DNA of 40,332 nucleotides from contig CAYIIM010000002.1 in NCBI GenBank assembly GCA_964363455.1, positions 1-40,332 of the forward strand, read 5' to 3'. The translations under genes and the position numbers were made by a program. Shown in pieces: positions 26,825 through 36,041 of the stretch. The stretch is from an uncultured Candidatus Saccharibacteria bacterium (lineage in GTDB: Bacteria; Patescibacteriota; Minisyncoccia; UBA6257; 2-01-FULL-56-20). The notes beneath the pieces were generated by a model. It searched no databases. It worked only from the letters and a program-made list of their open reading frames with translations, and was not told the origin of the DNA. Numbering within the stretch: the first letter of the stretch is position 1; each line of letters opens with the position of its first letter.

Positions 26825-26991
26825 ACCCTAACAACGATTGGTTTGTTATTTGATATTTGTGATTTGGAACTTCCTTCTTGCGCTTGCGCAAGAATGCTTG
26901 AGCTTGAAGAGATTGAGTAACCTAAAAACAATAAGCTCCAAGTAATAGAAGTGACGCAGCTCTTCAAACAACTTCGTCATTCTTTATTACT

Positions 26992-27273
26992 TCATCGACG
27001 ATCTTTCTCTGCTGGAACGCTACTCCATTTATAACCCTTCCCCAAGAGATATTCTTTAACTTCCTTACTCTTTCCTTCTCCCTCCATTCTCCTAATAGCT
27101 TCTAAATCCTCTCTGGAAACATTAAATAGAAAATCGCCAACATGAAGATCGTGAGATTTACGGACATCTTCAAAATTCTCAAACACTCCTCTCACTTCTC
27201 CGAAGTGATTATCGACAATCACATACACTAAAGCCTCAGTCTCTTTCTCTGGTTCCCTTTCAAATGATTTCAT
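26992..27273 (-). CDS. hypothetical acidic small protein
   Basis: 93-aa ORF between ftsZ and the methyltransferase. No family recognised. Confidence 0.5.
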   Translation of the reverse strand: MKSFEREPEKETEALVYVIVDNHFGEVRGVFENFEDVRKSHDLHVGDFLFNVSREDLEAIRRMEGEGKSKEVKEYLLGKGYKWSSVPAEKDRR

Positions 27274-27359
27274 AATACCTTGTTAAAAATAGTATATTAT
27301 TTACAACTCTTAGAATAATTAGGTTAATTAGACTAATTAGAACAATTTATTTTCCCGCT

Positions 27360-28610
27360 TTACTTCTTCTTCTTTCTCAAAAAAGTCGGTATATCCCAAA
27401 TATCAGTCTCTCGATCTTTCTTATTCTCCGCTGACCCTTCTTTAGTTTCACTCGCGTCGCTCTTAAGCGGCGACTTCCTTCCTAACTCTCCTTTTGGTTC
27501 ATTTTGTTTCTTCACCCCCTCATCGGTGTCGCCATAAACTCCCGTCGCTTTAAAATTTTCAAAAAAGTCCGCTTTTTTTTGCTGTTGCGCATAATTACTT
27601 TCGAAAAGCGAGTGTCCGGGCTGTGTGCCATTACTAAATCCCGTGGCAATCAAGGTTACTTTGACCTGATTGGGCTTCAGTTTCCGGTCATAATACGCTC
27701 CAAAAATAATCCGCGCGGAAGGATCCGCCACCTGCGCCACCACTTTAGCCGCATCATTAATCTCCGTCATCTTCATATCCCGCCCCCCTGAAATCCCCAA
27801 AATCACGCCTTTCGCCCCCTCGGCGCTTACTTCCAAAAGTGGTGAATTTAAGGCTTGGTTGACCGCTGCCACCGCTCGGTCCGGCCCGCTGGCGATCCCC
27901 ATCCCTACGATCGCCGAACCCGCGTCCTGGATCACATTCCGCATATCGGCAAAATCGACATTAATAATTCCTGGTGAAATAATGAGCTCCACAATGCCTG
28001 TAAGCGCGTTTTTCAAGACATCATCGATCACCACAAAAGCTTTTACAAGCGGGGTGTCCTTATCAATCACCGTAAAAATCCGATCGTTCGGCACCACAAT
28101 CACCACATCCACTTTATCCTTAATTTTAGAAAGTCCCTCGTGCGCAATCTTTTCTCTCTGGTTCCCTTCAAAAGCAAACGGCTTCGTCACAAAAGCCACC
28201 GTGAGCGCTCCGGTCTGCTTGGCCACCTCGGCGACAATCGGCGCTGCTCCCGTACCCGTCCCGCCACCAAAGCACGAGGCAATAAAAATTAAATCGGATC
28301 CGGCCAGCGCCTCGGCAATCTCAGATCGATTCTCCTCGGCCGCCTGCCTACCCAACTCAGGACTCATCCCCGTCCCCAAACCTCTAGTTAAATTTTTTCC
28401 GATATAAATTTTCTTTTTTGCCTGACAATGATCCAAATCTTGGTGATCGGTGTTAATTGCAATAAAATCTATTCCTCGAATCGAATCCTGACTCATTCTT
28501 GAGATCACATTCCCCCCTCCTCCGCCCACTCCCACGACTTTGATATTCGCGAGCGGCACGTAGTGCTTTTCGGGTTTTTCTCCGTTAAATTTTTTTATCT
28601 TTCTTTTCAT
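27360..28610 (-). CDS. ftsZ: cell division protein FtsZ
   Basis: GVGGGGGNVISRM and the tubulin signature GGGTGTGAAP. Charged C-terminal linker ending DIPTFLRKKKK. Confidence 0.97.
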   Translation of the reverse strand: MKRKIKKFNGEKPEKHYVPLANIKVVGVGGGGGNVISRMSQDSIRGIDFIAINTDHQDLDHCQAKKKIYIGKNLTRGLGTGMSPELGRQAAEENRSEIAEALAGSDLIFIASCFGGGTGTGAAPIVAEVAKQTGALTVAFVTKPFAFEGNQREKIAHEGLSKIKDKVDVVIVVPNDRIFTVIDKDTPLVKAFVVIDDVLKNALTGIVELIISPGIINVDFADMRNVIQDAGSAIVGMGIASGPDRAVAAVNQALNSPLLEVSAEGAKGVILGISGGRDMKMTEINDAAKVVAQVADPSARIIFGAYYDRKLKPNQVKVTLIATGFSNGTQPGHSLFESNYAQQQKKADFFENFKATGVYGDTDEGVKKQNEPKGELGRKSPLKSDASETKEGSAENKKDRETDIWDIPTFLRKKKK

Positions 28611-28613
28611 TAA

Positions 28614-29855
28614 TTATGGTTTGAAATAACTCCAGTATTTTTTTAGCTTTCCCAACACATCCATCGGTCCGCTCTCCCCTACCCATTTTTCCTGATCCGC
28701 TCCCCAAAGCACCAACCCTAAAGCATTAACATATTCCGGATCCTCTACATATTTCGCAAACTCAGCCGAATGCTTCAACCACTCTTCATCTTGATTCACT
28801 AGCCCCACTTGACTGAAAAGTTTCAACTCCTGCTTGGCTAATTCGGTAATACCCGGCATCTTTGACCCCCCACCCACCAAAACCACTCCTCCTGGCAACT
28901 TACCCGCCTTGCCCAATAACTTGAGCTCATTATTAACAAATTCAAAAATTTCCGCAAGCCGAGCCTCTATGATCTCCGCCACAAACCGCCTCGAAACCGA
29001 CCCTTGCGCATCGGGCCAAATCTTCTTAAGTTCAATCGTCTCCTTCGAACCTACATCTCGGGCTAGCGCATAACCATAATTCAATTTTAAATTCTCCGCC
29101 GCTTCGATTGGAATTTTCAACCCTACTGCAATGTCTTTTGTAATATTGCCTGCTCCCACCGGAAACTTGCCTAAATTTAAAAGCTTATTCTCCTCATACA
29201 CACTCACCCCCGTCGTCCCAAAACCAATATCCACTAAAACTGTTCCTAAATCTTTCTGAACCTTACTTAATACGGATCGGCTAGATGCCAGTGGCGTAAA
29301 AACTAACCCTCCAATTTCCCCGCCCACTAAATCAATTACCTTCATCAAACTTTTCACATGTGGCGTAAAAGCATCAACCACCAAAGTGTTAACCTCTAAT
29401 CGATTGCCGCTTAAGCCCATTGGATCAGCGATGTCTCCAATCCCGTCAATCATAAAATCCCTAGTCACCGTATGGACAATCGTCCGGTTGACTCCAAGAT
29501 TAATCGCCTGGCTGGCTCGAATCACTCGATCCACGTCATCCTTATAAATTTCATTGTCCGCTCTCGAAACGGCCACCACCCCTTTAGAACTCTGCACTTT
29601 CACCTGCGGGGTTCCGATATTAACATACACATTTTTTAAAGCTCCGCGACTTACCTTTTTAACTTCGTTCAAAGCCCGCCCAATCGCCTGCGATGCCTCG
29701 GTTAAATCAAAAATACTGCCTCGCTGGAAACCCAAAGAAGATTCTTTAAAAACCGCCCTTAAAACCGGCGCTCCCTTTCTCTTTTCGGCGATCGCTACCT
29801 TAATCGAAGAAGTGCCAAGATCAAGCCCTACAATAAAATTCTTACCCATTGCCAT
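28614..29855 (-). CDS. ftsA: cell division protein FtsA
   Basis: Actin-fold motifs GLDLGTSSIKV, DIGFGTTGVSVY and VLVGGGSKMPG. Lies immediately upstream of ftsZ. Confidence 0.95.
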   Translation of the reverse strand: MAMGKNFIVGLDLGTSSIKVAIAEKRKGAPVLRAVFKESSLGFQRGSIFDLTEASQAIGRALNEVKKVSRGALKNVYVNIGTPQVKVQSSKGVVAVSRADNEIYKDDVDRVIRASQAINLGVNRTIVHTVTRDFMIDGIGDIADPMGLSGNRLEVNTLVVDAFTPHVKSLMKVIDLVGGEIGGLVFTPLASSRSVLSKVQKDLGTVLVDIGFGTTGVSVYEENKLLNLGKFPVGAGNITKDIAVGLKIPIEAAENLKLNYGYALARDVGSKETIELKKIWPDAQGSVSRRFVAEIIEARLAEIFEFVNNELKLLGKAGKLPGGVVLVGGGSKMPGITELAKQELKLFSQVGLVNQDEEWLKHSAEFAKYVEDPEYVNALGLVLWGADQEKWVGESGPMDVLGKLKKYWSYFKP

Positions 29856-29866
29856 ATGCTTAAATG

Positions 29867-30292
29867 TTAAAAACCAAACCTCCGAAACACCCTTTTTTCC
29901 AGATTTTCCATCCTAATACTATCACCTTTCCGTTTGTGGTCATAGCCTAAAAGATGAAGAATGCCGTGCGTTAAAAGTCTTTCCAAACTCTCATTTTCCC
30001 GTCGGATATAATCCGGCGCTAAATAAACCTCACCGATCGGTTTTACCCGTTTTCGGTTTGAGTCCACTGCTGGCCAATCCTTTAGTTCAAAACTTAAAAC
30101 GTTAGTTGGTGTATCCTTCGCGCGAAACTTAAAATTCAAATTTCTAATTCGCTTGTCGCTTACAATAAAAACTTCGACTAATAATCCCTTGCGCTTTATA
30201 TATTTTAAAACTTTTTTCGAATTTAATAAAATCCTTTTTTCTAGCACTGTGTGCCTTTTGTTTAAAGCTTTGACCAAAATCTGATTTTCCAT
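29867..30292 (-). CDS. ybeY: rRNA maturation RNase YbeY
   Basis: Zinc motif HGILHLLGYDH. Confidence 0.93.
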   Translation of the reverse strand: MENQILVKALNKRHTVLEKRILLNSKKVLKYIKRKGLLVEVFIVSDKRIRNLNFKFRAKDTPTNVLSFELKDWPAVDSNRKRVKPIGEVYLAPDYIRRENESLERLLTHGILHLLGYDHKRKGDSIRMENLEKRVFRRFGF

Positions 30293-30303
30293 TCTTTCAT
30301 AAC

Positions 30304-30753
30304 TTATTTGGCCAGTTTTTTCTTGACCAATTCACTCACCAGCTTACCATCCGCCTGACCACCCAATTTTGCCATCACCGCTTTCATCGCCGTTCCAAAT
30401 TCCGTCTGGCCTTCCCCCACCACAGCTTCAACCGCTGCCACCACCTCCGCCTCGCTCGGGCCTTTGGGTAAATAAACGTCAAAAACCGCAATTTCTTTTT
30501 CTTCTTTCTCGGCTAAATCATTTCGCCCGCCGTCTTTAAACATCTGGATAGCTTCTTTTCTTTTTTTGTATTCTTTTCGAATAACACCTTCAACTTCCGC
30601 ATCTGTTAAATCCGGCGCCCCTCCTTTAGATTTTTTTTCAATTTCAAAATTATGAATCTGGGAAATCAAAAAACGCAAAACGCCAAGCGTGTTGGCGTCC
30701 TTATGGATCATGGCGGTCTTTAAATCGGCTTGAATTTTTTGGATTGTTGCCAT
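30304..30753 (-). CDS. GatB/YqeY domain-containing protein
   Basis: MATIQKIQADLKTAMIHKD...LRFLISQIHN and the YqeY-type C-terminus. Adjacent to rpsU, as in Firmicutes. Confidence 0.88.
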   Translation of the reverse strand: MATIQKIQADLKTAMIHKDANTLGVLRFLISQIHNFEIEKKSKGGAPDLTDAEVEGVIRKEYKKRKEAIQMFKDGGRNDLAEKEEKEIAVFDVYLPKGPSEAEVVAAVEAVVGEGQTEFGTAMKAVMAKLGGQADGKLVSELVKKKLAK

Positions 30754-30755
30754 TT

Positions 30756-30968
30756 TTATGCCATCCCCATTTTTCGGAGTCGCACCATTTCTTTCTTCTT
30801 TGCGTCGCGATGAATCGCTGATAATCGAACTTTTCGCTTGTTGCTAGGGCGCGCCCTAAAACGCCTTTTTTTGGCTTCCTTTAAAACACCGCTCTGTTTG
30901 ATTTTTTTGGAGAAGCGAAACATAAGTGCGCTTCCGGACTCTCCGTCTTTTTTCGTAACTTTAACCAT
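30756..30968 (-). CDS. rpsU: 30S ribosomal protein S21
   Basis: FRFSKKIKQSGVLKEAKKRRFRARPSNKRK aligns with the S21 core (RRFKR..K.G.L.E.RKR.FYEKPS.KRK). 70 aa. Confidence 0.8.
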   Translation of the reverse strand: MVKVTKKDGESGSALMFRFSKKIKQSGVLKEAKKRRFRARPSNKRKVRLSAIHRDAKKKEMVRLRKMGMA

Positions 30969-31365
30969 TTATTTTTTTAATAATTTCGTCGAGTGATTCT
31001 TTTGGTGTATTTGATACCGCGCTTTGGACCGACCCCCCGCCGTCATTCAAAAATCTTGGAATAACGTGAATATGAACGTGGTCAATCTCCTGTCCGGCGG
31101 CTTTCTTTTGATTGATACCGATCGTGAAACCGTCAGGCTTAAGCGTTTTAAGTAGCTTATTCTCAACCGCCACCATCGCCTGAAGAAGAGGCCCATAACT
31201 CTCTTCTGCTAAGTCTAAGGTTGTCTCAGCGTGGCTCTTGGGAATCACCATCGTATGTCCAATCGCCCTTGGGTGAATATCAAGAAATGCCAAGGTTTTT
31301 TCATCCTCATAAATCACTTTCGCCGGAACCTCACCTTTGGCAATTGCACAAAACAAACAGTCCAT
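30961..31365 (-). CDS. HIT family (histidine triad) protein
   Basis: CLFCAI N-terminus and the histidine triad HVHIHVIPR. Confidence 0.92.
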   Translation of the reverse strand: MDCLFCAIAKGEVPAKVIYEDEKTLAFLDIHPRAIGHTMVIPKSHAETTLDLAEESYGPLLQAMVAVENKLLKTLKPDGFTIGINQKKAAGQEIDHVHIHVIPRFLNDGGGSVQSAVSNTPKESLDEIIKKING

Positions 31366-31370
31366 TTTGT

Positions 31371-32699
31371 CTACTTAACCTCGATTGGCTTATCCTTCAG
31401 CCGTTTCTGTATCTCGGACACCATTCTAGCTAAAATTACCGTTTCTTGCAAGCCCGTCCTCAAATCCCTCAAAATCACGCTCTCTTCATAAATTTCTTTT
31501 TGACCAAAAATAATCGCAAAGGCGCAACCCTGTTTATCAGCCACCTTAAGCTGAGCCTTTATCGATTCTTTCCCTAATGCCTCCGCCACCGTTACCCCAG
31601 CCTGCCGCAACTCTTCGATAATGTTCAAGGACTTCTTTTTCGCCAACTCTCCCACGTGAATAATAAAAACTTTTTTCGGAGTTCTAACTGGCAACTTTAT
31701 TTCCTGCGCCTTCATCACCTCAACTAATCTTTCAATGCCCGCTGCTCCCCCAACCGCCGGCATCGGCCGCCCGCCTAAAAATTCCATCAGATAGTCATAT
31801 CGCCCCCCGCCCGCTAAAGCTCCCGTACTCCCCTCGGCAAAAAATTCGAAAACAGTTTGGCTGTAATAATCCAGCCCCCTGACTAGTAAATTATCCATCG
31901 CATAAGGGATTCCCAACTCATCCATATACTCCAAAACCATCCGTAAGTGCCCTCGGCAATTCGAACAAATCTTATCCAAAAAATTCGGCGCTTTTTCCTT
32001 AAATTGGTGACACTCCTGGTTTTTACAATCCAAAAGCCGTAAAGGATTGTCCTTCAAACGGGCTTCACAATTTTTACAAATCTCCTTTTCGTACCGCTTA
32101 TAATAAGCCTGCAACTGTTTCTTATACCCCGGCCGGCAAACCTTGCAACCAATTGAATTAATCTTTAAATTCACCCCTTTAATCTTCAAGGCCTTTAAAA
32201 TTCGATCAAACATCAAAATCACCTGCGCATCATAAATCGCATCATTCACTCCCGCCAAAACTTCAAATCCCACCTGCGAAAACTGTCGGTACCGCCCCGC
32301 CTGAGGGTTTTCGTGCCGGAAAAAAGGCCCCATATAATAAAGCTTTTGAGGCTGACCCATCGAGCCCATCCCGTGCTCGGCATAGGCCCTTACAATCGCC
32401 GCTGTTCCTTCTGGCCTCAAAGCCAAGTTATCCCCTCCTTTGGTCTTTAAAACATACATCTCTTTTTGGATAATATCCGTCTCTCCGCCAATTGTCCGAT
32501 TAAAAAGATCCGCCGACTCTAAAATCGGCGTCTCAATTTTTCCAAAGTTATAAAATTCCGCCAGCTCTTTAACGGCTTTCTCGATTCTCTCAAGCCAGGG
32601 TTGTTCGTTTGGCAAAACATCGTGCATACCCTTAGGCGATTGAAAAACAAAACCGCTCGAACTAACCTTCTTTTTTGGAGATTCTTTCTTTGTCTTCAT
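31371..32699 (-). CDS. hisS: histidine--tRNA ligase
   Basis: Class II motifs GMHDVLP, LRPEGTA, FRHENPQAGRYRQF and GGGRYD. Confidence 0.96.
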   Translation of the reverse strand: MKTKKESPKKKVSSSGFVFQSPKGMHDVLPNEQPWLERIEKAVKELAEFYNFGKIETPILESADLFNRTIGGETDIIQKEMYVLKTKGGDNLALRPEGTAAIVRAYAEHGMGSMGQPQKLYYMGPFFRHENPQAGRYRQFSQVGFEVLAGVNDAIYDAQVILMFDRILKALKIKGVNLKINSIGCKVCRPGYKKQLQAYYKRYEKEICKNCEARLKDNPLRLLDCKNQECHQFKEKAPNFLDKICSNCRGHLRMVLEYMDELGIPYAMDNLLVRGLDYYSQTVFEFFAEGSTGALAGGGRYDYLMEFLGGRPMPAVGGAAGIERLVEVMKAQEIKLPVRTPKKVFIIHVGELAKKKSLNIIEELRQAGVTVAEALGKESIKAQLKVADKQGCAFAIIFGQKEIYEESVILRDLRTGLQETVILARMVSEIQKRLKDKPIEVK

Positions 32700-32721
32700 T
32701 TTTTAGAATTTTTTCAGTTCT

Positions 32722-33270
32722 TTAATAATTCGGTGCCGCAAAAGTTGTCAGACTCCCAATCGGCCACAATCTCACTCGAGCCAACCCAATCACCTCCTTA
32801 ATATCTAAAATCCCCCAGCTTCTTGAGTCAAAGCTCGCTGAGCGGTTGTCGCCCAAAACAAAATATTCTCCCTCTTTCAAAGTCACATCCGCCTTACCAC
32901 TGGTTTCCAAACCCGACTGGAGATAATACTCCTTCAACTCTAAACCACCCGCATTCTCATTGTTAAAAACCTTCACCCCTCCCCCTTCAATCACCACTCT
33001 CTCTCCAGGCAAACCGATCACTCTCTTAATAAAGAAAGTGGCCTCGTTATTAGGGTATTTAAAAACTACCACCTCGCCCCGCTCCGGTTCTCTAAATTTA
33101 TAAGTAATCTCATCCACGAGCAAATAGTCGCCATCAGAAAAATTAGGCTCCATACTTGCTCCACTCACTAAAAAAGGCTGAACCAGAAAAGTCCGAATCA
33201 AAAAAACCGACACAATCGCAATAAGCGCCACCTCTAAAACCTCTAAAACCGAAGAAAAAAAGCTTCGCAT
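32722..33270 (-). CDS. lepB: signal peptidase I
   Basis: SGASMEPN (catalytic Ser), KRVIGLPGE (Lys box), GDNRSASFDSR. Confidence 0.94.
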   Translation of the reverse strand: MRSFFSSVLEVLEVALIAIVSVFLIRTFLVQPFLVSGASMEPNFSDGDYLLVDEITYKFREPERGEVVVFKYPNNEATFFIKRVIGLPGERVVIEGGGVKVFNNENAGGLELKEYYLQSGLETSGKADVTLKEGEYFVLGDNRSASFDSRSWGILDIKEVIGLARVRLWPIGSLTTFAAPNY

Positions 33271-33318
33271 ATGTTAAATAATGAGAGTATTCTATAATAA
33301 AAGTTAATGACAAGCAAA

Positions 33319-33386
33319 CCAGGCAGTAGAAGTTCGACTTAAGAGTTAAAAGCCGCAAAGCGGCTTGTCGAACTTTCACTGCCTGG
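33319..33386 (+). promoter_or_regulatory. long hairpin in the lepB/pth divergent region (probable pth leader structure)
   Basis: 20-nt arms CCAGGCAGTAGAAGTTCGAC / GTCGAACTTTCACTGCCTGG with 1 mismatch and 1 G.T pair. They enclose the inner hairpin AAGCCGC-AAA-GCGGCTT. Confidence 0.6.
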
Positions 33387-33401
33387 CAAACCCTTACTCT
33401 T

Positions 33402-33971
33402 ATGAAAACTAGCGCCCCTCCCAAACCTAAATTCACGTATCCTAAAATAATCCTCAGCCTCGGCAATCCCGGCAAAGAATATTCGTCCACTTACCACAAC
33501 GCGGGCCATCTTTTCATCGACTATTTATTAAAAAAAAGTTATCTGAGCCAATCAACCCTTTCTAAACCCACCCCTAACCTCATCTGCTATAAATCTAAAA
33601 ACCAACTCATCTGCCAAAGCTTAACCTTTATGAACGTCTCAGGCCTCGCCCTCAAAGATGCTTTCAAAATTCATAAATTCAAACCCGAAGAAATCCTGAT
33701 TGTCCAAGACGACAGCGACATCTCACTTGGTTCCTATAAACTTTCCATCGACAAAAACTCCGCCGGCCATAAAGGCATCGAGTCCATCATCAAAACCCTC
33801 AGTTCTAAAAAATTCTGGCGACTTCGTATCGGCATTCGTCCATCAAAAGAAAAAGCCAGGGTCAAAGCTGAAAGTTTTGTCCTTAAAAAAATCAACCCCA
33901 CTAACAAAAAAATCCTCTACTCAATGTTCGCCGGTATCATCGAAAAAGTAATCGAAAAAGACACACCTTGA
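33402..33971 (+). CDS. pth: peptidyl-tRNA hydrolase
   Basis: GLGNPGKEYSSTYHNAGHLFID, QDDSDI, and AGHKGIESI in place of the usual GGHNG. Confidence 0.92.
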   Translation: MKTSAPPKPKFTYPKIILSLGNPGKEYSSTYHNAGHLFIDYLLKKSYLSQSTLSKPTPNLICYKSKNQLICQSLTFMNVSGLALKDAFKIHKFKPEEILIVQDDSDISLGSYKLSIDKNSAGHKGIESIIKTLSSKKFWRLRIGIRPSKEKARVKAESFVLKKINPTNKKILYSMFAGIIEKVIEKDTP

Positions 33972-35440
33972 CTCGTATCTTCAATACTCGTCGGTAAGAA
34001 ATTAATGTCCTTAAACTGACTATCTTTTCCTAATTTATCAACAAAACTTAAAACATCGTCCTGCGATCTCCCTCGACCACGTAAACTCAAACCTGTATTA
34101 AATCCAGCGAAGTTAAACTGAATTAAGGTCAATCCGCTTGATTCAAGTAAGTTAGTCACCTTCGTCAAAGCCATCGCTTTCGATTCAGCCGGCTTCCTAA
34201 TCGAACGTATGAGTGACACCGAGGTGTTAAAACGATCTGCTTCTTTTTTGAAAAAATCCACCTGCGCCACCTCTGTTGAACCAGCGCCTCCTAAAGAACT
34301 CTTTAAATCCCCCTCCATTTTAAGCAAAAGCAAGTAACTCCCTATAAAGATAACCATCACCACACCAAAGGAAAATCCCAAGAAAAACCGCCAGAAAGAC
34401 ATAAAACTCACAATCTGCTGCCGTCGAAACTCTTCCTTCATGCTCGCCCCTAGTAAACTCAGATTTTGATCCAACCTCCTCGGCATCTCGGCTCGAACCG
34501 CGCTTCCCAAGGAAGCAAACCACTCCACCTCAAGCGGTTTGTCAAACCGTAACTGAACCTCAGTCGCCGGTAAAGAGAAGTTTTCTTTAATAATATTTTT
34601 AATCTCCTGCTTTAAACCCAAACTCACCACTACCACTTCCGCCACTTTTTCCGACCAATGCTGGGTATAAAAATTCAAAACCTGCCTTAATTTAAGAGTA
34701 ATGAGTGATTTGAAATCCGCGATCGAAATCTCTTTTTTGTCTCCCCTGAGCTCGGCCCAAGTATTGTTGTATTCAAAATAAAGCTCGCCCTTCCGAATAA
34801 CCAAAAAGTTTAGACTCTCGTTATCGAGCACCAAAACCACATAGGACTTGTTATTGTCAAAACCAACGGCTTGCTGACGAATCAGTCTAGCCAAAGACAG
34901 GGCCTTCGGCTCCGCCGCAATCGGCAAAAATCCTGATTCTTTCAAAACTGATGAAATATCGTCAATTTGTTTCCGGCTGATAAAGGCCCCTAACAAATCC
35001 ACCTTCATGGCATTTTCATCTCTCCCAATCAATTGCCAACCCGTATAAGACTCTTCCGCCTTCAAAGGAGAGGTCATCTGCAAATTCAAAGTCGCCGCCT
35101 CTTCCAAGTTTTTCTCACTTATTAAAGGCAAACTAAACACTTGAGAGTACACTCCGGAAAAACTCAAAGACACCACTACTGAAATTTTTTTCTTGGCCTT
35201 TTCCGAAAGTGGGATCTGATTCTTAAGCCTTTTTAGAATCTCCAAAAACTGGCCGCGATCCGCTACCTGACCTCCCTTTAAAATCCCGCCGGGCACTTTG
35301 ATGCTTTCAAGTTTCCAAATCTTGCCGTTAAAATAGGCAAACCTGACAGCTGAATCAGATACCTCAAGCCCCCCCATTACCGGCCTCCCTTGGAGATAGT
35401 CAATAAACTTATAAAAATATTTTTTAGAATAATCACTCAT
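33917..35440 (-). CDS. type IV pilus assembly protein, PilM-like actin-fold domain fused to a TM and a PilN/PilO-like tail
   Basis: N-terminal GLEVSDSAVRFAYF... (PilM style), a single TM FLGFSFGVVMVIFIGSYLLLL near aa 345-370, then a tail of about 135 aa. Last gene of the pilus operon. Confidence 0.65.
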   Translation of the reverse strand: MSDYSKKYFYKFIDYLQGRPVMGGLEVSDSAVRFAYFNGKIWKLESIKVPGGILKGGQVADRGQFLEILKRLKNQIPLSEKAKKKISVVVSLSFSGVYSQVFSLPLISEKNLEEAATLNLQMTSPLKAEESYTGWQLIGRDENAMKVDLLGAFISRKQIDDISSVLKESGFLPIAAEPKALSLARLIRQQAVGFDNNKSYVVLVLDNESLNFLVIRKGELYFEYNNTWAELRGDKKEISIADFKSLITLKLRQVLNFYTQHWSEKVAEVVVVSLGLKQEIKNIIKENFSLPATEVQLRFDKPLEVEWFASLGSAVRAEMPRRLDQNLSLLGASMKEEFRRQQIVSFMSFWRFFLGFSFGVVMVIFIGSYLLLLKMEGDLKSSLGGAGSTEVAQVDFFKKEADRFNTSVSLIRSIRKPAESKAMALTKVTNLLESSGLTLIQFNFAGFNTGLSLRGRGRSQDDVLSFVDKLGKDSQFKDINFLPTSIEDTSQGVSFSITFSMIPANIE

Positions 35441-35453
35441 ACTTCAAATAGGT

Positions 35454-36041
35454 TTATCCACACGGTTGCCCAGGTCCCGGGACACAGACAACCCCTGATG
35501 TCAGTGACGATAAACTCACCAAGTCAACTTTTCCAAAAGGCCCCACTGAAACAATCGCAATAACTTCCCTTAATCTGCCACTTACCCTAGCAGAAGCATT
35601 TATTTGAACCTGGTAATCCGCAAGAGTCTCTCCAGGACACTGATCCCCTGTGTTCCAACTACATCCCCTATCAGTAGCGACATTCACGTCAAATGTTCCA
35701 ACTTGAAAAATATAAGACTGAGACGCCAAACTCGGATCTCTTGAAAGTTGAACCATCGCGTCATTAATCCCCGACATCGCCAGCCCCCAAGCCTGATTCG
35801 CCGCCTGAAATCCAAAACTTGAATTTATAAAACTCAGAACCAGAAAAAATAGGGTCGCCGCGATTAAAACCACCGTCCCCCCGACCAAAAGCACCAACGA
35901 CAACGCCGCTTGCCCTTCTAAATTTTCTCTGTGAAAACTTTGTCGATCCTGACCCACCTTTTTTTCTTTTCTAAAAATCCCTCTCACTCTTCTATTATAA
36001 CCTATCACCTGAAACCTACCACCTATTCTTATGGACTCCAA
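35454..36041 (-). CDS. PilX-N-like minor pilin or pilus-associated protein
   Basis: EGQAALSLVLLVGGTVVLIAATLFFLVLS resembles the PilX N-terminal segment. The start is uncertain, as only the far-upstream ATG is in frame. Confidence 0.5.
   Translation of the reverse strand: MESIRIGGRFQVIGYNRRVRGIFRKEKKVGQDRQSFHRENLEGQAALSLVLLVGGTVVLIAATLFFLVLSFINSSFGFQAANQAWGLAMSGINDAMVQLSRDPSLASQSYIFQVGTFDVNVATDRGCSWNTGDQCPGETLADYQVQINASARVSGRLREVIAIVSVGPFGKVDLVSLSSLTSGVVCVPGPGQPCG

Noticed and set aside
27311-27348. A CRISPR array or other repeat-spacer structure in the AATTAG nonamer arrays (also at 24228-24260).
   Set aside because: The units are 9 nt with no unique spacers and only 3-4 copies, and there are no cas genes. 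They are simple tandem words.
31949-32144. A Cys-rich insertion in HisS (CKVCRPGY...CKNCEARL...CKNQEC...CSNCRGHL), considered as an unusual zinc module.
   Set aside because: As far as I recall, a similar four-Cys-pair insertion domain is common in bacterial HisS, so it is not distinctive.
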